Under the pieces are notes generated by a model, which did not search any database, was not told where the DNA came from, and saw only the letters and a program-made list of their open reading frames with translations. 31,583 nucleotides of DNA from Candidatus Hermodarchaeota archaeon (GTDB lineage: Archaea > Asgardarchaeota > Lokiarchaeia > Sigyniarchaeales > SOKP01). The first letter of the stretch is position 1; the number at the start of each line of letters is the position of its first letter. Of this stretch, positions 1-9,107 are shown in pieces. The stretch lies in the NCBI GenBank assembly GCA_048885535.1, contig JBHLLO010000012.1, positions 1 through 31,583 on the forward strand. The letters run 5' to 3'. The translations under genes were made by a program, and so were the position numbers.

Positions 1-87
1 TTTTTGACTTAAAAATTTATTAGAATATTATTATTATAAAAATTTTTAGCAATAAATCTTTCATAGTCCAGAATTTGTCGGTGTCAT

Positions 88-1197
88 ATGAAAAAGATAA
101 TTTTAAATTTTGAAAATAAAACAAATAACCTTAAAGAATTAGTTCAAGAAGCTTTTAATAATAATTTTCTAAATTTCTTAGTATCTAGAGAGACTTTGAG
201 TGTTTTTAAAGATATTAAACGTATTAATCGATATTCTAAATTCCCTGAAGATATTTCTGAATATATTATTTTTGATTCTTTAAATAACCTAGAAAAATTC
301 AAAGAAAAGTATTCTGATAAGAAGGGAATAGGTTTTTATAAGGTGCTAAAATCAAAAGAAGATGAAATTGAAATTCAAAACTTAATTAATGAAAAGATTG
401 TCCACTTTATTATAATCTTCACCTCAAACTGGAAAATCATTCCATTTGAAAATTTAATTTCTATCAGCCAGTCTAGTGATGTGGAACTACTAGCTCATGT
501 TAACAATATTCAAGATGCAGAACTTTTGTTGAAGACTCTTGAAATTGGTGTTGATGGAATCTTATTCACCCCAAAAGAAATTAATGAATTGAAAAAGTTA
601 AAGGGTTTATTAAATAATACTTTTAAAATAGAATTAATAAGTGCGAAAGTTGTAAATATTCAGCAATTTCCAGAAAGTGATAGGGTATGCGTTGATACAA
701 CTTCTCTCTTAAAAAAAGGTGAAGGGATGCTCATTGGGAGCACAGCTCAAGGATTTGTATTAGTTCATTCAGAAACAGTTGATACAAAATTTGTAAACTC
801 TAGACCTTTTAGAGTCAATGCTGGTGATGTGTCTGCTTACATTTTAGTGCCTGGGGATAATTCAAAGACATTCCAGACTAAATACCTAAGTGAATTAAAA
901 GGAGGTCATAAAGTTCTAGTGGTTAGCAGTGAAGGTATTGGAAGAATAGTGTCAGTCGGTAGGGTTAAGATTGAAACGCGTCCAATGCTGAGATTCGAAC
1001 TTGAAACTAGATTGAAGGATAAGAAAATCCATGTAAGTTGTGTATGCCAAAATGCCGAAACTATAAGGTTAGTAGACTCAAATGGTATAGCAATATCCGT
1101 AGTAGAGATTAAGGTAGGAGACGAGGTTTTAATCCACCCTGGACCAGGAGCAACTCATTTTGGGAGAAAAATCAAAGAGACAATTATTGAGAAATAA
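88..1197 (+). CDS. aroB': 3-dehydroquinate synthase II (archaeal AroB', MJ1249 family)
   Basis: Family motifs WKIIPFENLI, LEIGVDG, DRVCVDT, GEGMLIGS, RPFRVNAG, VGRVKIETRP, QNAETIRL and HFG...IETIIEK; GGTG RBS just upstream. Confidence 0.93.
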   Translation: MKKIILNFENKTNNLKELVQEAFNNNFLNFLVSRETLSVFKDIKRINRYSKFPEDISEYIIFDSLNNLEKFKEKYSDKKGIGFYKVLKSKEDEIEIQNLINEKIVHFIIIFTSNWKIIPFENLISISQSSDVELLAHVNNIQDAELLLKTLEIGVDGILFTPKEINELKKLKGLLNNTFKIELISAKVVNIQQFPESDRVCVDTTSLLKKGEGMLIGSTAQGFVLVHSETVDTKFVNSRPFRVNAGDVSAYILVPGDNSKTFQTKYLSELKGGHKVLVVSSEGIGRIVSVGRVKIETRPMLRFELETRLKDKKIHVSCVCQNAETIRLVDSNGIAISVVEIKVGDEVLIHPGPGATHFGRKIKETIIEK

Positions 1198-1201
1198 TAT
1201 A

Positions 1202-1657
1202 TTAATCTTCATATACTGCTATTGAATCCTTACTTTCCTCTAATTTTACAGTAACTTTCTTATTTTGATAATATTCTTTTATTTTATCATGGATATATTT
1301 AGCTAGCATTTCACTAGTAGTTGCTGAAATTGGTAGAAATACCACTTCAGAAAGTGGAAAAACGTATCGTTTATTCGAAGTTATAACTTCTAAAGAGTCT
1401 TGATTTCTTTTAAATTTAAAATCAGAAGATTTTTCTGGAATTAGAATGAAATGATCTAAGTTTTTAATAATTTCTTTTACCTTTTCCTTTAATTTGATAA
1501 AATCCTCAACAAAATGATTTTCGTCTAATTCTGCTTCTAATTCAACAGACACATAGTAATTATGCCCATGAAGCCTTGAACATTTCAAAGGTTCTTTTAA
1601 AAAGTGGCTAGCACTGAATTTTATTTCGTTTGAATTAATAATTACTTTATATCCCAT
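1202..1657 (-). CDS. queD: 6-carboxy-5,6,7,8-tetrahydropterin synthase / 6-pyruvoyl-tetrahydropterin synthase family
   Basis: FSASH and CxxxHGH (CSRLHGHNY) Zn/catalytic motif, plus TTSE motif; divergent from a QueC-domain gene. Confidence 0.88.
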   Translation of the reverse strand: MGYKVIINSNEIKFSASHFLKEPLKCSRLHGHNYYVSVELEAELDENHFVEDFIKLKEKVKEIIKNLDHFILIPEKSSDFKFKRNQDSLEVITSNKRYVFPLSEVVFLPISATTSEMLAKYIHDKIKEYYQNKKVTVKLEESKDSIAVYED

Positions 1658-1839
1658 AAGAGCTATTTTTAACGATTATATTTAGAATTTTAAAGATTAG
1701 TATTGAATTTCTTTTGAATCTTTTTATACTTTTTCTTTAAAGATTGTAAATAGAAAAGCATTATTTTCTATAATTTAATTTTTAAAATATGTAAATTAAA
1801 TATAAATTTATCTAACAAATATAGCGATTAGAGGTTATT

Positions 1840-3396
1840 ATGAATAAATCGAAAAAAATAGCCATAACTGGTGCAAATGGATATCTTGGAAAAAATGCTA
1901 TAACAAAAGCAGTAACATCTGGATGGGAAATTAATGCTATAGTAAGAAGAAATGCAGTCGTGGAAGTAGTTAGAAAATTAGGAGCAAAAGTTTTTCTTAT
2001 AAAAAATTTTGAATTAGAACAACTTAAAGAAGCTTTTACTGGATGTAAAGCAGTCCTCCATTTTGCTAATATTGTGTGTGGAAGTACAGAACTTTTTGAA
2101 AGAGTAAATGTTGAAGGTATTAAAAATATAATTAAAGCTGCAAAAGAAGTAAAAGTTTCCCGCATAATCTATCCTTCTGGATTAGGAGTAGATAAGCACA
2201 GCGAAGTAGAGTGGGCAAACAATGAATACTTTCATTCAAAACATAGGGCTGAAATTGAATTATTCAATGGGGAGATACCATATGTCATTTTTCGCCCTTC
2301 CTATATTTTAGGTCCTAACGATGAACTAATTCCCGAATTGATTCAACAAATTGGAGATGGTATTGTTAAAATAGCTGGAGATGGGAAAGTACCTATACAA
2401 CCTATATTTGTAGAAGATGCTATTAAAGCTTTTTTAGCTGCTGCTGATGGTAAAGGAAAGGATAACTCAATTTATTCTCTTGTGGGTTTGGAAACGGTTA
2501 ATATGATTAAGATTGTAGAGATGGTAATTGAAAACATAAATAAAATTGGATTGAATATACCTTCGCCAAGAATCAAATTTATTTCCTATGAAGAGGCTTC
2601 AGAAGAACTAGGAATATGTAAAGAAATGGTTGATGTGATGAAATGTAACATATTGAAGGATGGAAATGTCACTGCTCAAGCATTAGATTTTCAAATTTCC
2701 CCACTCAACGATGCAATAAAAGCAGCTGTTATTGCTGAATTATCTTCAAAATCCGATAATAACAAAAAAAAAGCCATTGTATTGTTATCAGGCGGAATTG
2801 ATTCAACAACAAGTTTGTACTGGGCTTTAAAGCAAGGATATAAAATTATTGCTCTTTCTTTTAACTATAAATGGAGACCTCAACAAGAAATAATTGCCAG
2901 CCAGAAAATTGCAGAGTTTTCAAAAGTAAAAATGATTGAAGTTCCTGTTCCTTATATTCAACAAGCAACAGATCTACGTCTAGAAGGCTATCCTATACCT
3001 TCAGCTACTAATGCTCCTGAAGGATTTATACCATTACGGAACCTTTTGTTTTATTCAATAGCCGCTTATTATGCAGAAATCTATGGTTATAATTTCATCA
3101 TCGGTGGCCATATTAAAGAAGATACACAAACATTTCCAGACACAAATCTTCCCTTTTTTGAAAAACTCTTAAAATTAATAAAAGAATCAAAACATAAGTA
3201 TGATAATCGCCCAATTGATTTTGTTTTTCCTTTAGTTGATATGAATAAAATTGAAATAATTGAATTAGCATTAAAATTGAAGGTTCCAATAGATCTGACT
3301 TGGAGCTGTTATGGTGATTTTGCTAAGCCATGTGGATTATGTAAATCTTGTCAAAAAAGAGCTAAAGCTTTGCGAGAATTAAATATTAAAAGCTGA
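1840..3396 (+). CDS. queC: Fusion of an N-terminal NAD(P)-dependent SDR/epimerase-dehydratase domain and a C-terminal QueC (7-cyano-7-deazaguanine synthase) domain
   Basis: aa 1-~300: ITGANGYLG Rossmann motif, NVEG, YxxxK (YFHSK), FRPSYILGP, QPIFVED. aa ~308-518: PP-loop LLSGGIDS, IPLRN, FPD, and Zn site TWSCY...PCGLCKSC. Single uninterrupted ORF. Confidence 0.85.
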   Translation: MNKSKKIAITGANGYLGKNAITKAVTSGWEINAIVRRNAVVEVVRKLGAKVFLIKNFELEQLKEAFTGCKAVLHFANIVCGSTELFERVNVEGIKNIIKAAKEVKVSRIIYPSGLGVDKHSEVEWANNEYFHSKHRAEIELFNGEIPYVIFRPSYILGPNDELIPELIQQIGDGIVKIAGDGKVPIQPIFVEDAIKAFLAAADGKGKDNSIYSLVGLETVNMIKIVEMVIENINKIGLNIPSPRIKFISYEEASEELGICKEMVDVMKCNILKDGNVTAQALDFQISPLNDAIKAAVIAELSSKSDNNKKKAIVLLSGGIDSTTSLYWALKQGYKIIALSFNYKWRPQQEIIASQKIAEFSKVKMIEVPVPYIQQATDLRLEGYPIPSATNAPEGFIPLRNLLFYSIAAYYAEIYGYNFIIGGHIKEDTQTFPDTNLPFFEKLLKLIKESKHKYDNRPIDFVFPLVDMNKIEIIELALKLKVPIDLTWSCYGDFAKPCGLCKSCQKRAKALRELNIKS

Positions 3397-3434
3397 ATTT
3401 ATAACTTAATTTAAATTATAGATATAAATAAATC

Positions 3435-4685
3435 ATGACAACATATTGGACTCCTTGTTTTCATTTATACCAGCCTCCTACCCAGGATGTTCAAATTTTA
3501 AAAGAGATTGATAAAGAATGTTATAGACCCACTTTCTCTATTTTAGAAAAACATGATAACGTAAAATTTAGTGTCAACATTAATACGATACTAATAGAGA
3601 TGCTCTATGAATATGATTTAACAGATTCAATCGAATTGTTAAAAAATTTAGTTTCAGAAAAAAAAGTTGAAGTGCTCGGAACCGCAAAATATCATCCAAT
3701 TCTTCCTTTAATTCCTGAAAAAGAAGCTTTACATCAGATTAGGATGAATGAAGAAATAAACGGAAGGGAATTTAATAAATGGGAAGGAAAAGGATTTTTT
3801 CCTCCTGAATTATCTATTAATTCAAAAGTTGCTAAGATTGTTAGAGATTTAGGGTACAAGTGGGTTATTTTGAGTGGTATTGCATGTCCAAAAGAATGGC
3901 CCTATGATCAAATTTATTCTTCTCCCAATGGATTGCAATTATTTTTTAGAGATGACATTTTGAGCAACAAAATTGCCTTTAATAATATAACAGCGAAAGG
4001 ATTTGTAAAAGAATTAAACCTGATATATAAAGATAAAAAAGTGGATAATTTGAACAATACATATGTTATCACAGCTATGGACATGGAAACTTTCGGTCAT
4101 CATATCAAAAATTATGAGATAATATTCCTAAAAAATGTGCTTGAGTTAATCAATGATAAAAAAAATATAGTTATAGAATTCATTTCGAACTTAGATCAAC
4201 ATTTTCCTATTGCAAATAAAAAGATAATTCCTAGAGATTCAAGTTGGAGCACTACATCTGAAGATATGGAAATGAATATCCCTTATCCTTTATGGAATCA
4301 CCCCGAAAATAATATTCATAAATTTTATTGGAAGATTATGCAAGCTATGAATAATCTTATCAATTTAATAGATAATTTAGATACAAATAACAATTGGAAA
4401 ATTGAAAATTATCAAAAAACAGCTAGGTGGTTTTATGATCGAAGCCTACATTCTTGCCCTACCTGGTGGGCTAATCCTCAAAGGGGGATCTGGAGTCCAA
4501 ACTTGATTTTTAAGGGCGTAGAACTCATAATGAAATCCGCCCTTAATGCACAGCTAGCTTTAGTCTATGCTGATAAATCAAATTTAGGTGAAGGATATTT
4601 TGATTCTATTACATATTATCAAGGCTTATTATTAATGGAATTATATACAACAAGTAAGAAATGTCGAAAACTGCATCAAATTTAA
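3435..4685 (+). CDS. Glycoside hydrolase family 57 protein
   Basis: GH57 conserved regions HLYQP, YHPILPL, PPE (nucleophile Glu), DMETFGHH (acid/base Asp), SSW, SCxxWW. Confidence 0.88.
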   Translation: MTTYWTPCFHLYQPPTQDVQILKEIDKECYRPTFSILEKHDNVKFSVNINTILIEMLYEYDLTDSIELLKNLVSEKKVEVLGTAKYHPILPLIPEKEALHQIRMNEEINGREFNKWEGKGFFPPELSINSKVAKIVRDLGYKWVILSGIACPKEWPYDQIYSSPNGLQLFFRDDILSNKIAFNNITAKGFVKELNLIYKDKKVDNLNNTYVITAMDMETFGHHIKNYEIIFLKNVLELINDKKNIVIEFISNLDQHFPIANKKIIPRDSSWSTTSEDMEMNIPYPLWNHPENNIHKFYWKIMQAMNNLINLIDNLDTNNNWKIENYQKTARWFYDRSLHSCPTWWANPQRGIWSPNLIFKGVELIMKSALNAQLALVYADKSNLGEGYFDSITYYQGLLLMELYTTSKKCRKLHQI

Positions 4686-5833
4686 TCTAACCAGTTAATT
4701 ATTCCATCTTCGTTGTATTTTCCCCATTTTTGAGTAGCTCTTCGTTGAGCAATTACATTTTCTTTTGGAGTATCTAGAGTTTTATATGCGTCATATTCAT
4801 GAATAGCTAAGCCACCTTCTTGTTTTCCAATATGCTCAATATAACATTTAATTTCATTCTCTACCTCAATAGGTGTTCCTAAGACATAAGTACTTTGTAT
4901 ATTTGAAGAAAGCCAAAATGCCGCCCTTTTAGATTCAGCAAACATCTTGAAATTTTCGACGCCAGTCATTAGAGGACTATCAAATTGAAAAATATTAATC
5001 CCAGTTTCCATTATATCAGGCATTAACTCAAATATTTGACCACATGAATGGAGTATAAAATCCATCCCTAAATCAATGGTCAATTTTACAATTTTTTTAT
5101 AAGGCTCTTTAAAAAAAGTATTAAATACATCTGGACTAATAAAAGGGCTCTTCTGCGTCCCTAAATCATCAGCGATAAATATTGAATCCAATTTTGGGTA
5201 TTGTTTTTTAAATTCATTTATCTGAGTTAGGTAATATGATTCAATCTTCTCAATTAACTGCGTTAAATTCTTAGGACTTCTTCTAAAATCTATAAGAACA
5301 TTATTAAAACCTCTAATTTGAGAACATAAGTTAAAGAAACCGTTTGCTCCAATCTCTCCAACTGTATATTTATCTTTAGCTAAAAATTTCCATAACCTAT
5401 TACGAATTAAGCGAAATCTATCTGGGTTTGAGCCATTGGGCAATTCAAAACTGTCTAAATTATCCCAATTCTTTTGAAGGGGTCCTAGAAACGGGTGTCC
5501 TTTTGTAATATCCTTGCTCTCAGTTCCAGCTGATTTCCATAAAATACCCCACTCATCTATACTAATGTGTGGGTCTTTCCACCATTTTTTTTTGTACTTT
5601 GCTCTTTTCCTTATCTCATTTTTCCAATTATATACTAAAAGGCGATAATACAATTTAGAAATTGAATTTATACCTCCCGGAACATGAGGAGGGTAATTAT
5701 TTGGTTGCCATAGTTTTGGATTAAATAATATTCCATATAAAAAGTCTGATTTTAATAAATTCATGCAAAAAATTGGAATCCGATCGGGTTTTTCATAATG
5801 GAAAGCTCTTTTGACTCTTTCTCTACTGTTCAT
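4682..5833 (-). CDS. Uroporphyrinogen decarboxylase / MtaA-CmuA methyltransferase family protein
   Basis: N-terminal SRERV...PDRIP, DEWG, ADDLGTQ..PFISP and HSCG motifs; stop overlaps the GH57 stop (TTAA). Confidence 0.85.
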   Translation of the reverse strand: MNSRERVKRAFHYEKPDRIPIFCMNLLKSDFLYGILFNPKLWQPNNYPPHVPGGINSISKLYYRLLVYNWKNEIRKRAKYKKKWWKDPHISIDEWGILWKSAGTESKDITKGHPFLGPLQKNWDNLDSFELPNGSNPDRFRLIRNRLWKFLAKDKYTVGEIGANGFFNLCSQIRGFNNVLIDFRRSPKNLTQLIEKIESYYLTQINEFKKQYPKLDSIFIADDLGTQKSPFISPDVFNTFFKEPYKKIVKLTIDLGMDFILHSCGQIFELMPDIMETGINIFQFDSPLMTGVENFKMFAESKRAAFWLSSNIQSTYVLGTPIEVENEIKCYIEHIGKQEGGLAIHEYDAYKTLDTPKENVIAQRRATQKWGKYNEDGIINWLD

Positions 5834-5957
5834 AATTAGTTATAATTAGAATTCTTTGATAATAAGTAAAAATAAGCATAAACTATATAATTTTTAATTT
5901 ACATTTTTAACTAAGTAAATACATAATCTAATGCTCGTTTAATATTTTTTTATAATA

Positions 5958-7064
5958 ATGTCAGATAATAATAAAAGCCCTGAAGTAAAATATTGTGTAC
6001 ACTGTGGAGCAGATATTGATATAAATCAAATTTATTGCCCAGAATGTGGAAAATTAGTTTTTAAAGTGAAACCTGATAAAATTCCTACTGAAGATACATT
6101 AACAGGGGAGCAATCTGAATTAAAAACTAAAAAAGGAATATCTAGAAAATGTCCCGGGTGTGGATCAATTATTAGTTCTCCCGTCTTGGAACAGTGTCCA
6201 ATATGCAACACCAAATTAGAAAAATTACATAAATCTCAGCAATTAATCGTATCTCGCGGCTCACAAAAAGATTCTGGGTTCGTCTTTACTGATAAGAAGT
6301 TAATTCCAGAACGAAAACTTCTATTAAGTAAAGATATTTGGAATTTAAGAGAAGGTATTGGAGTTTTCGGAAATTCTTTAATGGCATATATAACAATCAG
6401 TATTATTATAGTATTGTTGACCGGATTTGAATCATCTGGAGATGTTAATATATTGTTGATCTTACTAAGTCAAGTTCCTCAGATGATTCTCGGTATCTAT
6501 CCTCTATGGTATATATATTCTAAAAAACATAGTTTCAAAAAATTAGGATTTTATTCAAGAAAGAAGATGTTAGTCGTTGCAATAATTCTGGGATTAATTT
6601 CCACTGTAATTTTATATGAAATAAATTACTTCTCAAGCATGTTTGTTGAATTTATTTACAATTCTGGAATTACTTTTGGGATTGACCTGCCAGGGTATCT
6701 TGCGGCTGAAAACCAAGCTATTGTAGAAGCGGGATTATTATGGATTATCATTTTATTCGTTTTTCTCAGTATTGTTACCATTTCAACTGAAATCGTTTTC
6801 AGAGGAGTTTTACACAGTACATTAAGAAGTCATTTTGAGAACAATTTTATAGGAAGAACAACAGTTGTTATTCTTGTTGCTTTAGTTTACTCTGGATTAT
6901 ACTTAATATTCGGTCTTCCGTTAAGCATCTACTTTTTCCTTCTCAACTTTCTAAAATCAATTTTATTAGGAATAATTTACGATTTGAGCAATAATATCTA
7001 TTCAACGATTCTATCGGGGATATTCTATAATATTTTACTAATTACTCTTATTGTGCTTTTTTAG
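5958..7064 (+). CDS. Double zinc-ribbon plus CPBP (CAAX/Abi) intramembrane protease-like protein, catalytic motifs degenerate
   Basis: CVHCG..CPECG and CPGCG..CPICN ribbons; multiple TM helices; FKKLG and TEIVFRG (EExxxR-like). Confidence 0.78.
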   Translation: MSDNNKSPEVKYCVHCGADIDINQIYCPECGKLVFKVKPDKIPTEDTLTGEQSELKTKKGISRKCPGCGSIISSPVLEQCPICNTKLEKLHKSQQLIVSRGSQKDSGFVFTDKKLIPERKLLLSKDIWNLREGIGVFGNSLMAYITISIIIVLLTGFESSGDVNILLILLSQVPQMILGIYPLWYIYSKKHSFKKLGFYSRKKMLVVAIILGLISTVILYEINYFSSMFVEFIYNSGITFGIDLPGYLAAENQAIVEAGLLWIIILFVFLSIVTISTEIVFRGVLHSTLRSHFENNFIGRTTVVILVALVYSGLYLIFGLPLSIYFFLLNFLKSILLGIIYDLSNNIYSTILSGIFYNILLITLIVLF

Positions 7065-7187
7065 AAAGCGATTTCTTCCTTAATATATAAATTTAATAAT
7101 AAGAAAAATCAAATAACTCTAGTGGCATTATTAGCACTTTTAATTCATTCTTATACGGTAAATTGAAATTTCACGGAGAAAGAAAAA

Positions 7188-7907
7188 TTGGGTAAAACCA
7201 TTTATAGAAATAAAGGGACGAAGGAAAATATTGTTATTTCAATAGCTGGTGCCCATGGTGTTGGAAAAACAACAATCTACAATCTATTAAAGAAAAATTT
7301 AGAGGATAATAATAAATTTAAATTTTTCCCTGAAAGATATAAAAAGATTCCTCCATTCCCATTTGGATCTTCAGATAAACAAATTGCTTTTCGAAGTGAA
7401 ATGCATTTTCTCCAACAATTTATCAGGAGAAATCAAAATATAATAAATTTTGATAAGAAATACAATGGCAGAATTATTATTTTAGATCGAACCCCTATTT
7501 GTGTTTTAATCTATTCAAAAACTCTAAATCTTAAGGAAAAAGACTATACCCTTATATATGACATGTTTAAATCTGTAAAATGGAGAGAAGATTATATAAT
7601 TTACTTAACAGCTCATCCTGAAACAATTCTCAAAAGAATTATTCAAAGAGGTTCTCTTGAAAAAATCAGAAGACAGTGGAATGAATATGAAAAGGAATAT
7701 TTAATTAAAGTTCTGTCTGCTTATGATAGAATGTTATTATCAAAAAATCATTCGAATAAGCTTTTCATCATTGACACAAATAATCTAATAGAAGAAGATG
7801 TAGTTAAGGAAGTTAAAGATATAATTACTCAGATATCTGGTTATACCTTCAAAAAATTAGATAAAATTCCCATTACTCAAAAAACCTTGAGTGATTTTTT
7901 AGTTTAA
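7188..7907 (+). CDS. Deoxynucleoside kinase / thymidylate kinase-like P-loop kinase with C-terminal PIP-box-like motif
   Basis: Walker A GAHGVGKTT, ILDR motif, IYLTA..E...RI..RG lid; TTG start after GGAG; ends QKTLSDFLV. Confidence 0.8.
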   Translation: MGKTIYRNKGTKENIVISIAGAHGVGKTTIYNLLKKNLEDNNKFKFFPERYKKIPPFPFGSSDKQIAFRSEMHFLQQFIRRNQNIINFDKKYNGRIIILDRTPICVLIYSKTLNLKEKDYTLIYDMFKSVKWREDYIIYLTAHPETILKRIIQRGSLEKIRRQWNEYEKEYLIKVLSAYDRMLLSKNHSNKLFIIDTNNLIEEDVVKEVKDIITQISGYTFKKLDKIPITQKTLSDFLV

Positions 7908-8011
7908 CCCATAATAAAATATATTAAGTTAAATTTTAATTGTATATTTAAGTACAAATAATCATTATTGAGCTTAATTAAAATTAAATTTTTATGAGTT
8001 TTTGGTGAAAA

Positions 8012-8983
8012 ATGTCTACTCTTCTTCCAGATATTAGGGAAAAAATGATGAATATTCTTAAGGTTGAAGAGGATAGAACAGATTTAGAAAACTTAGCAGT
8101 ATTGTCACGAGTTGGAATGAAAGTTGCTTCTGCAGTATCGTCAGAGTTAGACGCAGATGCTACTTCTGCTTCTAGTACAGCATTAATTGATTTAGGTCTA
8201 AGATTAAGTGAAGCTACAGCCCATGGAGCTTTAACTGAAATTATTCTTCATAATACTTCAGGTTATAGTATACTCCTAGCAATTAATGATGAGTTTATTG
8301 TATTTGGGGGTCTAAAAAATGTTTTTCGAATAGGATATTATCTAGGATATTTACGTGAATTAGCAAAGAAGTTAAATCAATTAATTTCTGGGGATGAAAT
8401 AACTGAAATGACGCTTTCATTAGAGGAATCCGAACGTAAAAAATTATTGAAAGAACAACCAGAAGAATTCTCAGAAATAAAAGTCCCCTCAGTAGAAGAA
8501 GATAAAGCTGCTTTGGATGATCTTCTAGGATTTTTAGATAACTGGGAGAAGGAAGGTGTAAAAGCTGAAGAATTTGAAGAAGCATCACAAGAAAATATTG
8601 TTTCAATACCAAAATCCGTAGGTTTAGAATATGAAAAGATGCTTGAACACCCGAGAAGCGAGGTAACTACTGAAGAAGCGAAAGTTGTTGAAGAACCTGG
8701 AATAAAATTTAAAGTATATGATGATGAGATACCCCCAGTTCCACTTGAGGACTATACCCCCATGGAAATTGAGGAGGATACGACAGTAGAAGAACCAAAA
8801 ATTGTTCAAGAACAACCAATCCCAGAAGAATTACCTTCTCTTGATGATATATCACCTCCATCCTTGGAATCCCAAATTATTGAATCTGCTTCCGAATATG
8901 ATACTGAATTTGTTTTAGATAAGGAATCAGAGACTTTTGAATCTGTACTTAAGGATTTAGGATGGGATGAAGAGGAAGATTAA
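8012..8983 (+). CDS. Roadblock/LC7 domain protein with long acidic low-complexity tail
   Basis: aa ~1-125 show the roadblock pattern (LAVLSRVGMKVAS; helix; GALTEIILHNTSGYSILLAI; IGYYLGYLR helix); Glu/Pro-rich tail; GGTGA RBS at 8004-8008. Confidence 0.78.
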   Translation: MSTLLPDIREKMMNILKVEEDRTDLENLAVLSRVGMKVASAVSSELDADATSASSTALIDLGLRLSEATAHGALTEIILHNTSGYSILLAINDEFIVFGGLKNVFRIGYYLGYLRELAKKLNQLISGDEITEMTLSLEESERKKLLKEQPEEFSEIKVPSVEEDKAALDDLLGFLDNWEKEGVKAEEFEEASQENIVSIPKSVGLEYEKMLEHPRSEVTTEEAKVVEEPGIKFKVYDDEIPPVPLEDYTPMEIEEDTTVEEPKIVQEQPIPEELPSLDDISPPSLESQIIESASEYDTEFVLDKESETFESVLKDLGWDEEED

Positions 8984-9107
8984 ATCCTAAACTAAGTTTG
9001 GGTTTAATTTCTTATTTAATTAAATGTAAAAGAATTCTAATAAGTTTTAAATAGAGAAATCCCCAAAATATTAATTAATCTTTAACATTAAAAAAAGTGA
9101 AAAAAAT

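Noticed and set aside
1812-2165. 117-aa minus-strand ORF
   Set aside because: Antisense shadow of the SDR-QueC gene; no motifs
6032-6214. 60-aa minus-strand ORF
   Set aside because: Antisense to the zinc-ribbon/CPBP gene
8295-8815. Two hydrophobic minus-strand ORFs (105 and 63 aa)
   Set aside because: Shadows of Glu-rich codons in the roadblock gene
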